Notes: generated from the sequence alone by a model not told the origin. Shown: positions 26,143-35,827, counted from the stretch's first letter. The stretch: 35,968 nt of DNA from Armatimonadota bacterium (GCA_039680575.1 JBDKSP010000082.1:1-35968); one strand, 5' to 3'. Program-made: numbers and translations.

Positions 26143-28094
26143 TTCCGCACCCTCACTCGCTCCTGTGCCGGTTCTTTTTCGGCGGATTCCGTCTTGTTCC
26201 TATTGAAGCGCGAGAACAGCAGTAGAAGCACTATACCCAATGCCAGGCCGAGCACAGAACCGATAGCAACCCGATACGCGGATATGATAATCGGCGTGTG
26301 GATATGACAGAACGTGTTGACAATGGATACCTCACCGATTGTTCCGATAACGAGCAGAAGTGCAGCCCATCCCCTGCGGCCGCCCAGAGCAGCGGCTATA
26401 CCGAGGAAGAGAGCAGGATGACCAACCAGGAACTCCTTTGTCCTGGGACGGACAAAAAGGATTTTGTCGAGTATCGACCTGAATTTGAGTTCCACGCCTG
26501 ATACCCCTACTCCTGAATCATTTCCTGAACGCGCGAGGAGCAGCCCCAGCATCACCAGTATTACAAGCGCAATCGCTGTATGCCATATCAAAACAGGCTG
26601 AGTCGCAAGCCGCTTATAGGCGGCGTTAATTCTCTCCACCTGCTCGCGCCAGGTCGCTGCGCCCCACCCTATCCCGGCGGCAAGCACAAAAGCGGCAATA
26701 AGTATCGGCAGAATATGGGCGAGCTTGACTCCCGCAAACTGATCGACCCTCACCATGAAACTCTCCCTGGCGAGGAGACCCGCGATCATCATTCCTCCGG
26801 CAGCGGAGATGGCCACGACACCTATGAACCTTCCGGCTGCTTTCCATAGATGAGCCCGAAGCGGTAAACCGTCCGAACTCTCAGGTGTGCCGTAAGCTGC
26901 GAAGATCACAGCGAGAGAAGGAAATACTATAGCGGAGACTAAACCGATGAGTTTGCCCCCTGGAGGTATTCCCGATGCTGCCATCCCGGCAAAAAGCAGT
27001 GCGATAGGGATAAATGCGGCCCATATATGCTTTACTGGAAGTTTCACAATGGACACAAAAAGCAGCATAGCGCCCGCCGCGACACCAAGCGCCATCATAA
27101 CCAGCGCAGGGACAGGGACTCCGGGATCAGCAAACGGACGCGACACCCTCAGACCCATTCCATTGTCTTTTAGCCTATCGGATATCTTCGTTATGTATTC
27201 GATATTCGATTTAAGAAGCCCAGCGTCACCAAAGTCGAACATCCGCACATAGAGCAGCCGGATATCTCTTTCCTTGGCTGCCTTGACGAACCGTTCTATG
27301 GCTGTCGTTCTGTCGAGTGTATCCATTTCAGCCGCTGTGATACTGTGTACCCTCAAGACATCCGGCAGCATCTTTTCTGCAAGATGCTGGTCACCTTTCT
27401 GCTTGGAAAATTCGATTGATCCAAACACGAGACCATGCGCTTTCAACGCATCAGCGACATCATTTATAGCTCCACGGAATCCCAGCACTTCATCGCCGGA
27501 AAAAATGACGGTCCTCACACCCTCACGCTTGAGCTGACTCATCGTCTTTTCCATGTTTTCGCGGCTTACACCCGGATAGTTGCACAACCGGGCTACAACT
27601 GCAAGACCGGTTTCTCTGGCGACATCGAATACTTCATCAGGAAGGGCTACAGGCATAGTCAGCACATAATCAGGTTCGGCTTTTACCCGCAGTTCCCAGG
27701 TAGACAAGCCATCTTCAGTGGTTTTAAACGGTCGCGACACCGTTACAGGGATGTTCGATTCAATCAGTATTTGATAAATATCCTGAGACGAGCCGGTCAG
27801 CGCCGTAATACCGTTCGTTTTTCCTATGGCTACCTGCCCTGATGCTATAAGGTCAGACACTATCGGCTGCTCCACCGATAAGCTGGTCACACCGGCAGCC
27901 TTGAGCCTTGTAAGTGCCTCAGAGACCGAAATATCCGCGGCACCCGCGAGTTTTGCAACCTCCGAGTAATCTACGGCTATCTCGACCGCACGGTTGTGCG
28001 TCTCCACCCTGTAGCGAAGTGAAAGAGCCCACATGGCTCCGATCACCCCGATTATGAGGAGAATTGTAAGGAGTCTATTCCGCCTGAATATCAT
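26139..28094 (-). CDS. DUF5693-family membrane protein (usual csaB partner)
   Basis: ATG overlaps the rhomboid stop (TAATG); IEFSKQKG, RVHSI, AAKERDIR, FAGVKL, ELKFR..L...L.VRPRTKEFL.GHP, NTFCHIHTP. Confidence 0.85.
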   Translation of the reverse strand: MIFRRNRLLTILLIIGVIGAMWALSLRYRVETHNRAVEIAVDYSEVAKLAGAADISVSEALTRLKAAGVTSLSVEQPIVSDLIASGQVAIGKTNGITALTGSSQDIYQILIESNIPVTVSRPFKTTEDGLSTWELRVKAEPDYVLTMPVALPDEVFDVARETGLAVVARLCNYPGVSRENMEKTMSQLKREGVRTVIFSGDEVLGFRGAINDVADALKAHGLVFGSIEFSKQKGDQHLAEKMLPDVLRVHSITAAEMDTLDRTTAIERFVKAAKERDIRLLYVRMFDFGDAGLLKSNIEYITKISDRLKDNGMGLRVSRPFADPGVPVPALVMMALGVAAGAMLLFVSIVKLPVKHIWAAFIPIALLFAGMAASGIPPGGKLIGLVSAIVFPSLAVIFAAYGTPESSDGLPLRAHLWKAAGRFIGVVAISAAGGMMIAGLLARESFMVRVDQFAGVKLAHILPILIAAFVLAAGIGWGAATWREQVERINAAYKRLATQPVLIWHTAIALVILVMLGLLLARSGNDSGVGVSGVELKFRSILDKILFVRPRTKEFLVGHPALFLGIAAALGGRRGWAALLLVIGTIGEVSIVNTFCHIHTPIIISAYRVAIGSVLGLALGIVLLLLFSRFNRNKTESAEKEPAQERVRVRK

Positions 28095-28846
28095 TATTCT
28101 TCGTACCAATACCTTCTATAATTCCGTTCTCGCCGCTGCCTGCGGACCAGTCTCCTTCCGCCAAGCAGCATAATGAGCGCCACACCGGTCAGGAACCCGC
28201 CGATATGCGCCCAGTAAGCAACGCCGCCGCTGCCGGGGGTCATACCCCCGCCAAGCATGGCGCTGATAATCTGCAAAAATATCCATAACCCCAGTACAAC
28301 TACGGCTGGAACGGCTGCGGTAGTCACAAATATCCCTATGAATAGCAGAGTGGTTACCTTATTTTTCGGATAAAGGACCATATAAGCGCCGAGCACTGCC
28401 GCAATCGCTCCGCTTGCACCTACCACGGGGACCTGCGAGGAAGGATTGCTCAGTATATGCGCAAAAGCTGCCAGTACACCGCCTACCAGATAGAAAAGCA
28501 AAAACCTGGCGTGCCCCAGCACATCCTCTATGTTATTACCGAATATCCACAGGTAGAGCATATTCCCGCCAAGATGCAGCAGACCTCCGTGCAGGAACAT
28601 CGAAGTTAAAATTGTTATATAGACAGGCGAAGGGCTGTCGTGCGGTATTATTGTCGTACCGATTTGCGCCGGAAGGTTTTCACCAGTCCAAATGTCTCTT
28701 GGGAGCATGGAAAGCCCCCAGAGATTGCCAACAGCACCATGCGCGCCAAGTCTGTCGATGATAAAAAATACAACGTTGAGCGCAATGAGGAAATAGACGA
28801 CATAAGGCGTCAACCGCGTCGGGTTCTCATCCCTGATGGGTATCAT
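28094..28846 (-). CDS. Rhomboid-family intramembrane serine protease
   Basis: MIPIRDENP, FLHGG..HL.GNM..LWIFG, GASGA, AHIGG. Confidence 0.95.
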   Translation of the reverse strand: MIPIRDENPTRLTPYVVYFLIALNVVFFIIDRLGAHGAVGNLWGLSMLPRDIWTGENLPAQIGTTIIPHDSPSPVYITILTSMFLHGGLLHLGGNMLYLWIFGNNIEDVLGHARFLLFYLVGGVLAAFAHILSNPSSQVPVVGASGAIAAVLGAYMVLYPKNKVTTLLFIGIFVTTAAVPAVVVLGLWIFLQIISAMLGGGMTPGSGGVAYWAHIGGFLTGVALIMLLGGRRLVRRQRRERNYRRYWYEE

Positions 28847-29008
28847 CTACTCTCCTCCTGCCTGAAATTGAGTTGATTTTAGCACAAAGCCCTCCTACTG
28901 TAAATCGCCGCCGGGTCCAGCCGATACCCTTTATTGACAGTTACCCTCTTAGTAAAGTAAAACTTATTGATAATTCACAGTCAGTACGCTTAGGGGGCGC
29001 AGCAGCTT

Positions 29009-29974
29009 ATGATCAAGACTTACCTGTTTACGGGAAAAGAAGCGATACCGGATGTATCGCTAGATGATTGGCGATCTCTCGTGGAAGGAGACAACAAACT
29101 TCTCTGGGTAGATATCCGTTCGTATGACCGAAGCGAGATGTGCGAGCTTGCGAAAAAGTTCGGGCTGCACTCCGTGGCCGTCGAATCCTGCCTTGACCAT
29201 TATCGAAGACCGCACCTCTATGAGTTCAAGGACCATTTTTATATCAATCTGACTGCGATCAAATCCGGTGGAACTAACGGAGTAAAGGGCACTGAACTTC
29301 ATGTCTTTGCAGGCGGTAAATTCATCATTACGGCATACAAGGACAAGCAAAACAGCGCCATAGACCAGACATTACTGGAGTATCATGAAACCCCTGAGCT
29401 CACCGAACGCGGACCGATGCACGCTGTCTATGCGCTCGCTGAAGACCTGATCGAGACTTACTTCCCCTCAGTCGAAAAGCTGGACGATGAAGCTGATAAA
29501 CTTGAAGATGAGATGCTGAACTCCGCTAATCAATACTTACTCAGAAAACTTTTCGACCTCAAGCGCTACACGTTCGAGCTTCGCAAGCTGCTTGGTCCAC
29601 AGCGAGACATATTCAACGAACTGGGCCGTAGAGATTTTTCCTTTATGGAAAAAGAGCACCTTGTATACTTCCAGGATGCCTATAACCGGATGATCCGCCT
29701 ATTTGACATGCTGGACACAATCAGAGAAATCCTCTCCGGCAGCCTTGATGTATACCTTTCGGTCGTCTCGAACCGTACGAATGACGTTATGAAAGTCCTG
29801 ACCGTCGTATCAACGATCTTCCTGACGCTTTCTTTCATAACCGGATTCTATGGTATGAACTTTATTCACCTACCCTGGCTGAATGCGCCAAACGCATTCA
29901 GAAACATCATGCTGCTTATGACAGGACTCACAATCGGCATGATGTGGTGGTTCCGCCGCAAAGGATGGATGTAA
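29009..29974 (+). CDS. corA: CorA-family Mg2+/Co2+ transporter
   Basis: LWVDI, FGLH, YFQD.Y, NDVMKVLT, TGFYGMNF signature, two C-terminal TM. Confidence 0.95.
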   Translation: MIKTYLFTGKEAIPDVSLDDWRSLVEGDNKLLWVDIRSYDRSEMCELAKKFGLHSVAVESCLDHYRRPHLYEFKDHFYINLTAIKSGGTNGVKGTELHVFAGGKFIITAYKDKQNSAIDQTLLEYHETPELTERGPMHAVYALAEDLIETYFPSVEKLDDEADKLEDEMLNSANQYLLRKLFDLKRYTFELRKLLGPQRDIFNELGRRDFSFMEKEHLVYFQDAYNRMIRLFDMLDTIREILSGSLDVYLSVVSNRTNDVMKVLTVVSTIFLTLSFITGFYGMNFIHLPWLNAPNAFRNIMLLMTGLTIGMMWWFRRKGWM

Positions 29975-29975
29975 T

Positions 29976-30010
29976 TAGCTGTCAGTTATCAGCTTTCAGC
30001 CGCCAGCAGG
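29976..30010. repeat. Short heptamer tandem repeat (CAGYNNN)
   Basis: TAGCTGT CAGTTAT CAGCTTT CAGCCGC CAGCAGG directly after the corA stop. Confidence 0.45.
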
Positions 30011-30106
30011 ATCTGTTTCCTGAATTATTTCTTGAAATATTTTGAAGCTATCCTAATGCTCAGGTATCTAACATTACTGAAGACATCTTTCAGGAGGTAT
30101 ACGAAC

Positions 30107-31501
30107 TTGAAACGCTTACTAACTATTATCGCAGTGCTTACGGTTATAACAACAGCGGCGACCGCACAAACTGTATCGGGACCCAAGGAAGTCCAGTTGA
30201 CCGTTTATAACGGCAACTTTGCTCTTGTGAAGGATACACGTACAGTCACGCTTAACCAGGGAACCAATTCCATAGAAGTTGAGGATGTGGCAGCTCTTAT
30301 CGATCCGACCAGCATCCTTATCAGATCGCTTTCAAACTCCGGCTCATTTTCCATTCTGGAGCAGAATTATCAGTACGATCTGATCAATCCTGAGAATATC
30401 CTGAATAAATCGGTCGGACAGAGGGTGACATTCACGATTTTCGACGAGAGCGGAAAGCAGTATACACAGAGCGGAATATTATTGAGTCCCGTGTCGAACG
30501 GCGGAGTAGTAATAAAAACGGATGACGGAAACGTAGTCCTGAGTCCACAGGGGCAAGTATCTCTGGTGAAGATGCCGGAAGGGCTTCGACCCCGACCGAC
30601 TCTCAACTGGCTTCTGCGAAGTAGCAAGTCCGGCAGCCAGCAGGCAGAGATCAGCTATATGACGGATGGAATTGGCTGGAAAGCGGATTATGTAGTCCTC
30701 GTAAACAAAAACGACACCGCGCTTGACCTTAACGGATGGGTGACGCTTAATAACCAATGCGGCACGACATATAACGACGCCAAACTGACGCTGATGGCGG
30801 GTGATGTCAAAAGAGCACAGGATAAGATCTATGGCGCAGCTAAAAAAAGGGCATACAGTCCAGCACAAGTACTAACTGAAGCAGAGACAGCGCCACAGTT
30901 CGAGGAAAAGAGCTTCTTCGAGTATCACATGTATACGATGGAGCGCCCGACGACCATCCGTAACAATGAGACGAAACAACTATCTCTTCTGAATGCTGCT
31001 AATACAAAAGTAACAAAAGAACTGATATACGACCCGCAGGACAACACGAACTACCACAAAATAAACGTGGTCCTCCAGTTGATGAATTCGAAAGAAAACA
31101 ACATGGGCATGCCTCTTCCCGCTGGTAAGATAAGGGTCTACAAGCTGGACGATCAGGGAGCGCAACAGTTCATTGGCGAAGATATGATCGATCATACTCC
31201 CAAAGACGAGAAAATCCGTCTCAACATTGGAGATGCCTTCGATGTCGTCGGTGATAACAAGAGAACCGATTATCAGAAGATCTCGGACAATGTTGTCGAA
31301 GAGAGTTTTGAGGTAACGGTCCGCAATCACAAGGATTCCCCTGTTGAGGTCAATGTGATAGAGCATGCCTATTCCACTTGGAGAGTTGTCAAGTCCAGCA
31401 GCGGATACAACAAAAAAGACGCACAGACGATAGTATTCCCTGTAAAAGTCCCTGCAAATGGTGAGACAACCATCACATACACGATCAGAACATCCTGGTA
31501 G
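30107..31501 (+). CDS. Secreted DUF4139/DUF4140-domain protein
   Basis: TTG at 30107 after AGGAGG; LTVYN.NFALVKD.R, LEQNYQYDL, WKADY, FFEYH.Y, PLPAG.IRVY, IDHTP.DE. Confidence 0.9.
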   Translation: MKRLLTIIAVLTVITTAATAQTVSGPKEVQLTVYNGNFALVKDTRTVTLNQGTNSIEVEDVAALIDPTSILIRSLSNSGSFSILEQNYQYDLINPENILNKSVGQRVTFTIFDESGKQYTQSGILLSPVSNGGVVIKTDDGNVVLSPQGQVSLVKMPEGLRPRPTLNWLLRSSKSGSQQAEISYMTDGIGWKADYVVLVNKNDTALDLNGWVTLNNQCGTTYNDAKLTLMAGDVKRAQDKIYGAAKKRAYSPAQVLTEAETAPQFEEKSFFEYHMYTMERPTTIRNNETKQLSLLNAANTKVTKELIYDPQDNTNYHKINVVLQLMNSKENNMGMPLPAGKIRVYKLDDQGAQQFIGEDMIDHTPKDEKIRLNIGDAFDVVGDNKRTDYQKISDNVVEESFEVTVRNHKDSPVEVNVIEHAYSTWRVVKSSSGYNKKDAQTIVFPVKVPANGETTITYTIRTSW

Positions 31502-31510
31502 AGTTACATA

Positions 31511-31544
31511 AAATGCTTCGGGGTGACAAATCGCCCCGAAGCAT
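31511..31544. terminator. Hairpin between convergent genes
   Basis: ATGCTTCGGGGTGA-CAAA-TCGCCCCGAAGCAT. Confidence 0.7.
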
Positions 31545-31591
31545 ACACTAAATATGTTATCCCGCTAAACTGACACGTAATTCCGATCTGA

Positions 31592-32293
31592 TCACCTGTA
31601 CATCAAACCTGTCTTGTCGCGCTGTTCCGGTTTATCTACCAAAAGGCTGGAAGATAGACCAGTCCCCTTTTTCACTTCATATATCCAGTTGGTAATCTGT
31701 CCCCAATAGTAGTGAAAATCAAATCCCACATCAAAACCTGCATCATACAGCAATTTTGCGCTGTATGGAGCCAGCGTGGTCTTGTTTGCTGACTTATAGT
31801 CACCCACAAACTCATCGACAAGAGCGTTAATGCGGCTGGTCAGGCCTTTAATCTGGCTTGTAGGTGACATGCCGACCAAGCTTGTCTCCCATGTGCTCGC
31901 GAGGCACTTAATATCCGAATCACGGTCCAGAACGACTGCCTGGTAAAGGTCGAGACTGATCGAATATATATATCCGCTCCCTCCTGCAGGCTTTATCGAA
32001 TTGACGTTGATGTACAAATACGGAAACCCGGGAGTTTTCCGCAATTCCTCCTCGGATAGGACCTTGATATTCGCTTTCTTCAGCCTTCCTTCGGCTGTAT
32101 TCTCGATCATACTTACAGTCACACCGTCCTTGATAATGTCAGGCCTCAGATCCTCGACCAGTACCATTACCCCATCAAGCCCCCGCAGGCTTCCCGTTTC
32201 CGGATTATCGTCAGTCTGTGCTTTTATTGGAACCGCGGCACAAAGCAGTACCAATGCTGCTATCCAAATGTGCCCGGCTATCAGCTTGTTCAT
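31592..32293 (-). CDS. Secreted hypothetical protein
   Basis: ATG at 32293 after GGGAGG; signal peptide; SLRGL.GV.VLVE, P.LYINV, A.TW. Confidence 0.75.
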   Translation of the reverse strand: MNKLIAGHIWIAALVLLCAAVPIKAQTDDNPETGSLRGLDGVMVLVEDLRPDIIKDGVTVSMIENTAEGRLKKANIKVLSEEELRKTPGFPYLYINVNSIKPAGGSGYIYSISLDLYQAVVLDRDSDIKCLASTWETSLVGMSPTSQIKGLTSRINALVDEFVGDYKSANKTTLAPYSAKLLYDAGFDVGFDFHYYWGQITNWIYEVKKGTGLSSSLLVDKPEQRDKTGLMYR

Positions 32294-32597
32294 TCGTGTC
32301 CCCTCCCAAATGAAATCCGGCTTTCCAGCCCATATCGCCAAAAGCTTTCATGGTTGTGATACCCGGTGAGACATGGAAAGCCACCAATACCATTGCGCAA
32401 CTATTTACGGAACGTTGACAAAGGGTTCAACGTCACAAATAATGTCGAGCTATAAGCCGGCGTACTCACACAGTAATTATAAATAGCCCCACAATAAGCA
32501 GCCTGCTCGCCATAATCAGATCTCTCGGAATATCGCTATATAAGCAAGCTCAGCAGGATGCTCGCAATGGATGAGGCAACAAGACAGGAGGTCGAAA

Positions 32598-34058
32598 GTG
32601 AACAATAGAATATTCGCGCTCTTTCTCGTTCTGGCGATAGCAACTACAATCATTGCATCTGCCGCATTTGGCGCTGCCATAAAGATGTCATCCGGGTTCT
32701 ATTATCCTACCGAAAGGACCTGGACCGGTACAAACGGCGGCAGCGCTGGAGATCCGAGGCAGCCTTGGAACGACGGCAGTCCAGGTGGCCGGATCTATGG
32801 GTATCTTGATTCCGCGGCTCCCAGTGCGCTGGGTAAAAACCACGTCGGCATGGATATCCGCACCCCGTACAGCAATCCTGTATATGCGATTTCCGCAGGA
32901 ACTATCCAAAGCTACTATAACAGCGGCGATTCGCGCTATTGGTGTATTATCGTCAAGCACCGAATGGCAAATGGGTCGTATTTCTACGCCGTCTATGGAC
33001 ACTGCCGGATGAAATCAGGCTACTCCACCGGTAAAAGCATAGCTGCGGGGGAGAACTTCGCCTATATTAACGAGAGTGTCAACCAGCACATCCATTTCGG
33101 GATAAAGATGAATAACAACTTCTCCACAGGATGGGGGCACCTCGCGCTTGGCAAGGATGCAAACTCTATCGGTTGGCGTCCGCCCAGAACATGGCTGCTT
33201 GCAAACGCGCCTTACGGCAGCAGCGGAGGAGGTACGGGGGGTGATACGGACGATCCTACCTCTCCTGCGGACACTACGGCACCGGCTATTTCGATCGCCG
33301 GCCCGAATTCGAATAACACCATCTCCTGGACTATCACGGATTCCGGCTCCGGTGTCGCCACGGTCACCACACAGTGGGATTCGGGATCTACTACCACTGT
33401 TGCAGCAAGCGGGAGCGTCCAGGTCCCATCTACCGCACAAAAATTCACGATCCGCGCGACGGATAAAGCAGGAAATACTGCAACCAAGACCGTGGGACCT
33501 TTCAACGTGCAAGGAATGATCGTTACAGTTGCTTCAAACTTGTTCAAAGACGGGTTCTATGCCCAGCAGTTGGACGGTTCTGAGGGAGTGCGGATTCAGT
33601 ACGGTTCCGGAGGCGGACCCGATGTAGCAGAAGGCAACCTTATCGTTATCAACAGCTCCGGAACCGCCACCGCGAACGGCGAGCGGTACCTTACGAACGC
33701 GAATATCTCGGTCACTGGATCTGCATCTCTACATGAGCCGATAAAGGTATCAGTTCCCGATCTGAAAGTCTCGGTCGAAGCCGTGGATGTAGGGCTGCTT
33801 GTTACTGTTACAGGCAAAGTGACCTATCTGAAATCAGACGGCACCGCGTTCTATGTAGACGACGACACTGGAGTGAATGACGGCTTCCATACAGGCATAC
33901 GAGTGGTATGTGACGGCTTCACAGATGGAAGCTTGATCGCCATGCCGAAACTTGGCAGCTCAGTCACAGTTGTAGGAATCTACTCCAGAGCAACAGTACA
34001 AACGAAGATCGTACCGACTATCAGGCTGCGTTACAAAGAAGATATCACAGTCTGGTAA
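32598..34058 (+). CDS. Secreted M23 (LytM-type) metallopeptidase with an Ig-like domain and C-terminal tandem OB-like module
   Basis: GTG at 32598 after AGGAGG; signal peptide; HVGMD (HxxxD), YGH, HIH (HxH); DTTAP...TIRATDKAGN Ig domain; GLLV.V.GKVT...FYVDD. Confidence 0.88.
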   Translation: MNNRIFALFLVLAIATTIIASAAFGAAIKMSSGFYYPTERTWTGTNGGSAGDPRQPWNDGSPGGRIYGYLDSAAPSALGKNHVGMDIRTPYSNPVYAISAGTIQSYYNSGDSRYWCIIVKHRMANGSYFYAVYGHCRMKSGYSTGKSIAAGENFAYINESVNQHIHFGIKMNNNFSTGWGHLALGKDANSIGWRPPRTWLLANAPYGSSGGGTGGDTDDPTSPADTTAPAISIAGPNSNNTISWTITDSGSGVATVTTQWDSGSTTTVAASGSVQVPSTAQKFTIRATDKAGNTATKTVGPFNVQGMIVTVASNLFKDGFYAQQLDGSEGVRIQYGSGGGPDVAEGNLIVINSSGTATANGERYLTNANISVTGSASLHEPIKVSVPDLKVSVEAVDVGLLVTVTGKVTYLKSDGTAFYVDDDTGVNDGFHTGIRVVCDGFTDGSLIAMPKLGSSVTVVGIYSRATVQTKIVPTIRLRYKEDITVW

Positions 34059-34080
34059 TTATCAGAGACTGGATATATGG

Positions 34081-34124
34081 AGAAATCGGGAGAGTTCTTT
34101 ACAGACCCTCCCGATTTCTTATTC
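34081..34124. terminator. Hairpin terminator between convergent genes
   Basis: AGAAATCGGGAG (34081-34092) pairs with CTCCCGATTTCT (34108-34119). Confidence 0.75.
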
Positions 34125-34158
34125 CAAACGTTTCGCCAATAACTAGTTCCGATCTTGC

Positions 34159-35418
34159 TTATTGGTTCATCGGAGGTACAGGAGCCAGCAGTCCGGACCC
34201 TGTGAATGCCGGGAAAAGCGCTATGCCTGTATCCGTTCGCAGACTGATCTTATGGTTCCCCTCTTCTACATTCGTCGCCACAATCATCGATTTATTTCCC
34301 ATATTGACTTTCGAACCGTCTACGAACAGCGTATTACCCAACTGTACGTTTATGTTGTTGCTCTTGAGGAATGACTGAGGCCCAAGAATAACATCATAGA
34401 ACCTGTCACTTCCTGTAAGGTTCTCATCTTCGATGTTTGCCACAACAATCGGTGTATTGTCTTCGGCTGTCATTACCGTGTAGACATTCCTTATCTTGCC
34501 GCTCACATGCACCATGTTGTTGGGGTCGAACTGGATAAGCGGCACCTGTGTGCTTGGTCCGGCTCCGACCGGAGTCACCGGTGTGAAGAGCGACGCGCCC
34601 CAGTTAGTTCGCAGACTGATAAAGCTCTCGCCTTCCTCAACATTTGTCGCAACTATCATATCCGTGCCGTTGATATTGACTCTCGATCCATTCACATAGA
34701 GCGTGTCTCCCGGCTGCAGATCGATATTGTTCTGTGTAAGGAAAGCCATAGGCGCCAGTACAACATTGTAATATTTGTCTTCACCGAGAGGTTTCTCCTT
34801 CTCGATCCTGGCAACTACAACGGGAAGATTGTCTTCCGCGGTTCTTATTGCGTAAGTATCCTTCACCTTTCCGCTCACATGGATGATATCGTCCGCATTG
34901 AACGGGATTCTGGCGCTCTGGTAGACCATATTACCGCTTCCGCCGCCAACCGGAGGAGGAGGAGCTACAATCAGACCTGTGCCTGCTCCAGCACCGATAG
35001 GTGGTGGGGAAACCGCTGTCATTGAGAATAGCGGCACGCCTTCACTTGAGCGGAAATAATAAGTCCCGCTGGGGACCCTGACTGCCTGTGCTACAAGGTA
35101 AGCTTTGTTGGAGACGTTCCTCAGCGACCCTGTAACGGTTATCGAGCTGCCGGGAGTAGGTGTGAATCCGATATTGCTTAAGTACGATCCCGGTCCGAGA
35201 AACACATTGTAGATTCGGTTATTGGATAATACGATAACCGACTTCGGTCCCATTGACGGGTTGCCCGGATTGTAATCTACGGTTGCTATTATTGTTCCGG
35301 AAATGGTGGCGACAGACTGCGGATCATACCTGAGATCGAAATTCGCCTGAGCCAGTGCCATTGCCGGAACAATCAACAAGACAACCAATACCACTGAGAT
35401 AATAATCTTCGTGTTCAC
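34159..35418 (-). CDS. Secreted protein with three OB-fold-like repeats (MamS/MamX-like pattern)
   Basis: GTG at 35418 after GAGG; signal peptide; three (Y/F)(D/N).....SG...V.L(G/A)P...L.......G....V.GS repeats with Pro/Gly linkers. Confidence 0.78.
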   Translation of the reverse strand: MNTKIIISVVLVVLLIVPAMALAQANFDLRYDPQSVATISGTIIATVDYNPGNPSMGPKSVIVLSNNRIYNVFLGPGSYLSNIGFTPTPGSSITVTGSLRNVSNKAYLVAQAVRVPSGTYYFRSSEGVPLFSMTAVSPPPIGAGAGTGLIVAPPPPVGGGSGNMVYQSARIPFNADDIIHVSGKVKDTYAIRTAEDNLPVVVARIEKEKPLGEDKYYNVVLAPMAFLTQNNIDLQPGDTLYVNGSRVNINGTDMIVATNVEEGESFISLRTNWGASLFTPVTPVGAGPSTQVPLIQFDPNNMVHVSGKIRNVYTVMTAEDNTPIVVANIEDENLTGSDRFYDVILGPQSFLKSNNINVQLGNTLFVDGSKVNMGNKSMIVATNVEEGNHKISLRTDTGIALFPAFTGSGLLAPVPPMNQ

Positions 35419-35664
35419 TGCCTCTTTACTCCTTTTCATAAAGCAGTTCCTGATGAGACACCTTCTCATCAGCCACGTATTACTTACCCCATTAATGGCA
35501 GTAGCCAATACGGACACAGTATTTTTGTGGCTACCTTATAAAATGGCCGCCAATCCATGGTTTTTGCAATATTACGCACTATTTCTTCTCAGCAGCACCC
35601 TCATTGTAAAATACATATCACCTTCGGGCGTCAGAATATCGATATGCTCTGTCAATCAGTACAA

Positions 35665-35705
35665 ACAAAAAACCCATCCAAGCTCACATAAACTCAGATG
35701 GGTTT
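35665..35705 (-). terminator. Terminator of the tRNA-Pro transcript
   Basis: Minus strand AAACCCATCTGAGTTT-ATGT-GAGCTTGGATGGGTTT followed by a T-run. Confidence 0.7.
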
Positions 35706-35709
35706 CCAT

Positions 35710-35786
35710 TGGTCGGGGCGGCGGGATTTGAACCCACGGTCTCCTGCACCCCATACAGGCGCGTTACCAAGCTACGCCACACCCCG
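35710..35786 (-). tRNA. tRNA-Pro (GGG), CCA encoded
   Basis: CGGGGTGTGGCGTAGCTTGGTAACGCGCCTGTATGGGGTGCAGGAGACCGTGGGTTCAAATCCCGCCGCCCCGACCA folds as a cloverleaf. Confidence 0.96.
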
Positions 35787-35797
35787 GCATCGATTGG

Positions 35798-35827
35798 ATT
35801 ATACCTTCAACCCCGCGCCTAAGTCAA
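35798..35827 (-). promoter_or_regulatory. Sigma70 promoter of tRNA-Pro
   Basis: Minus strand TTGACT-N18-TATAAT. Confidence 0.75.

Noticed and set aside
28934..28970. TTGACA upstream of corA, and minus-strand GTTTTA-N11-GGGTAA upstream of the rhomboid
   Set aside because: No good -10 at 16-18 nt for the first; spacer too short for the SigB-type set for the second
35484..35511. Minus-strand GGGTAA upstream of the OB-repeat gene as a SigB-type promoter
   Set aside because: No GTTT-like -35 at 13-14 nt (ATTGGC); best alternative GTATTG needs a 16-nt spacer
35748..35754. A32-U38 pairing potential in the tRNA-Pro anticodon loop
   Set aside because: Normal feature of tRNA-Pro(GGG)
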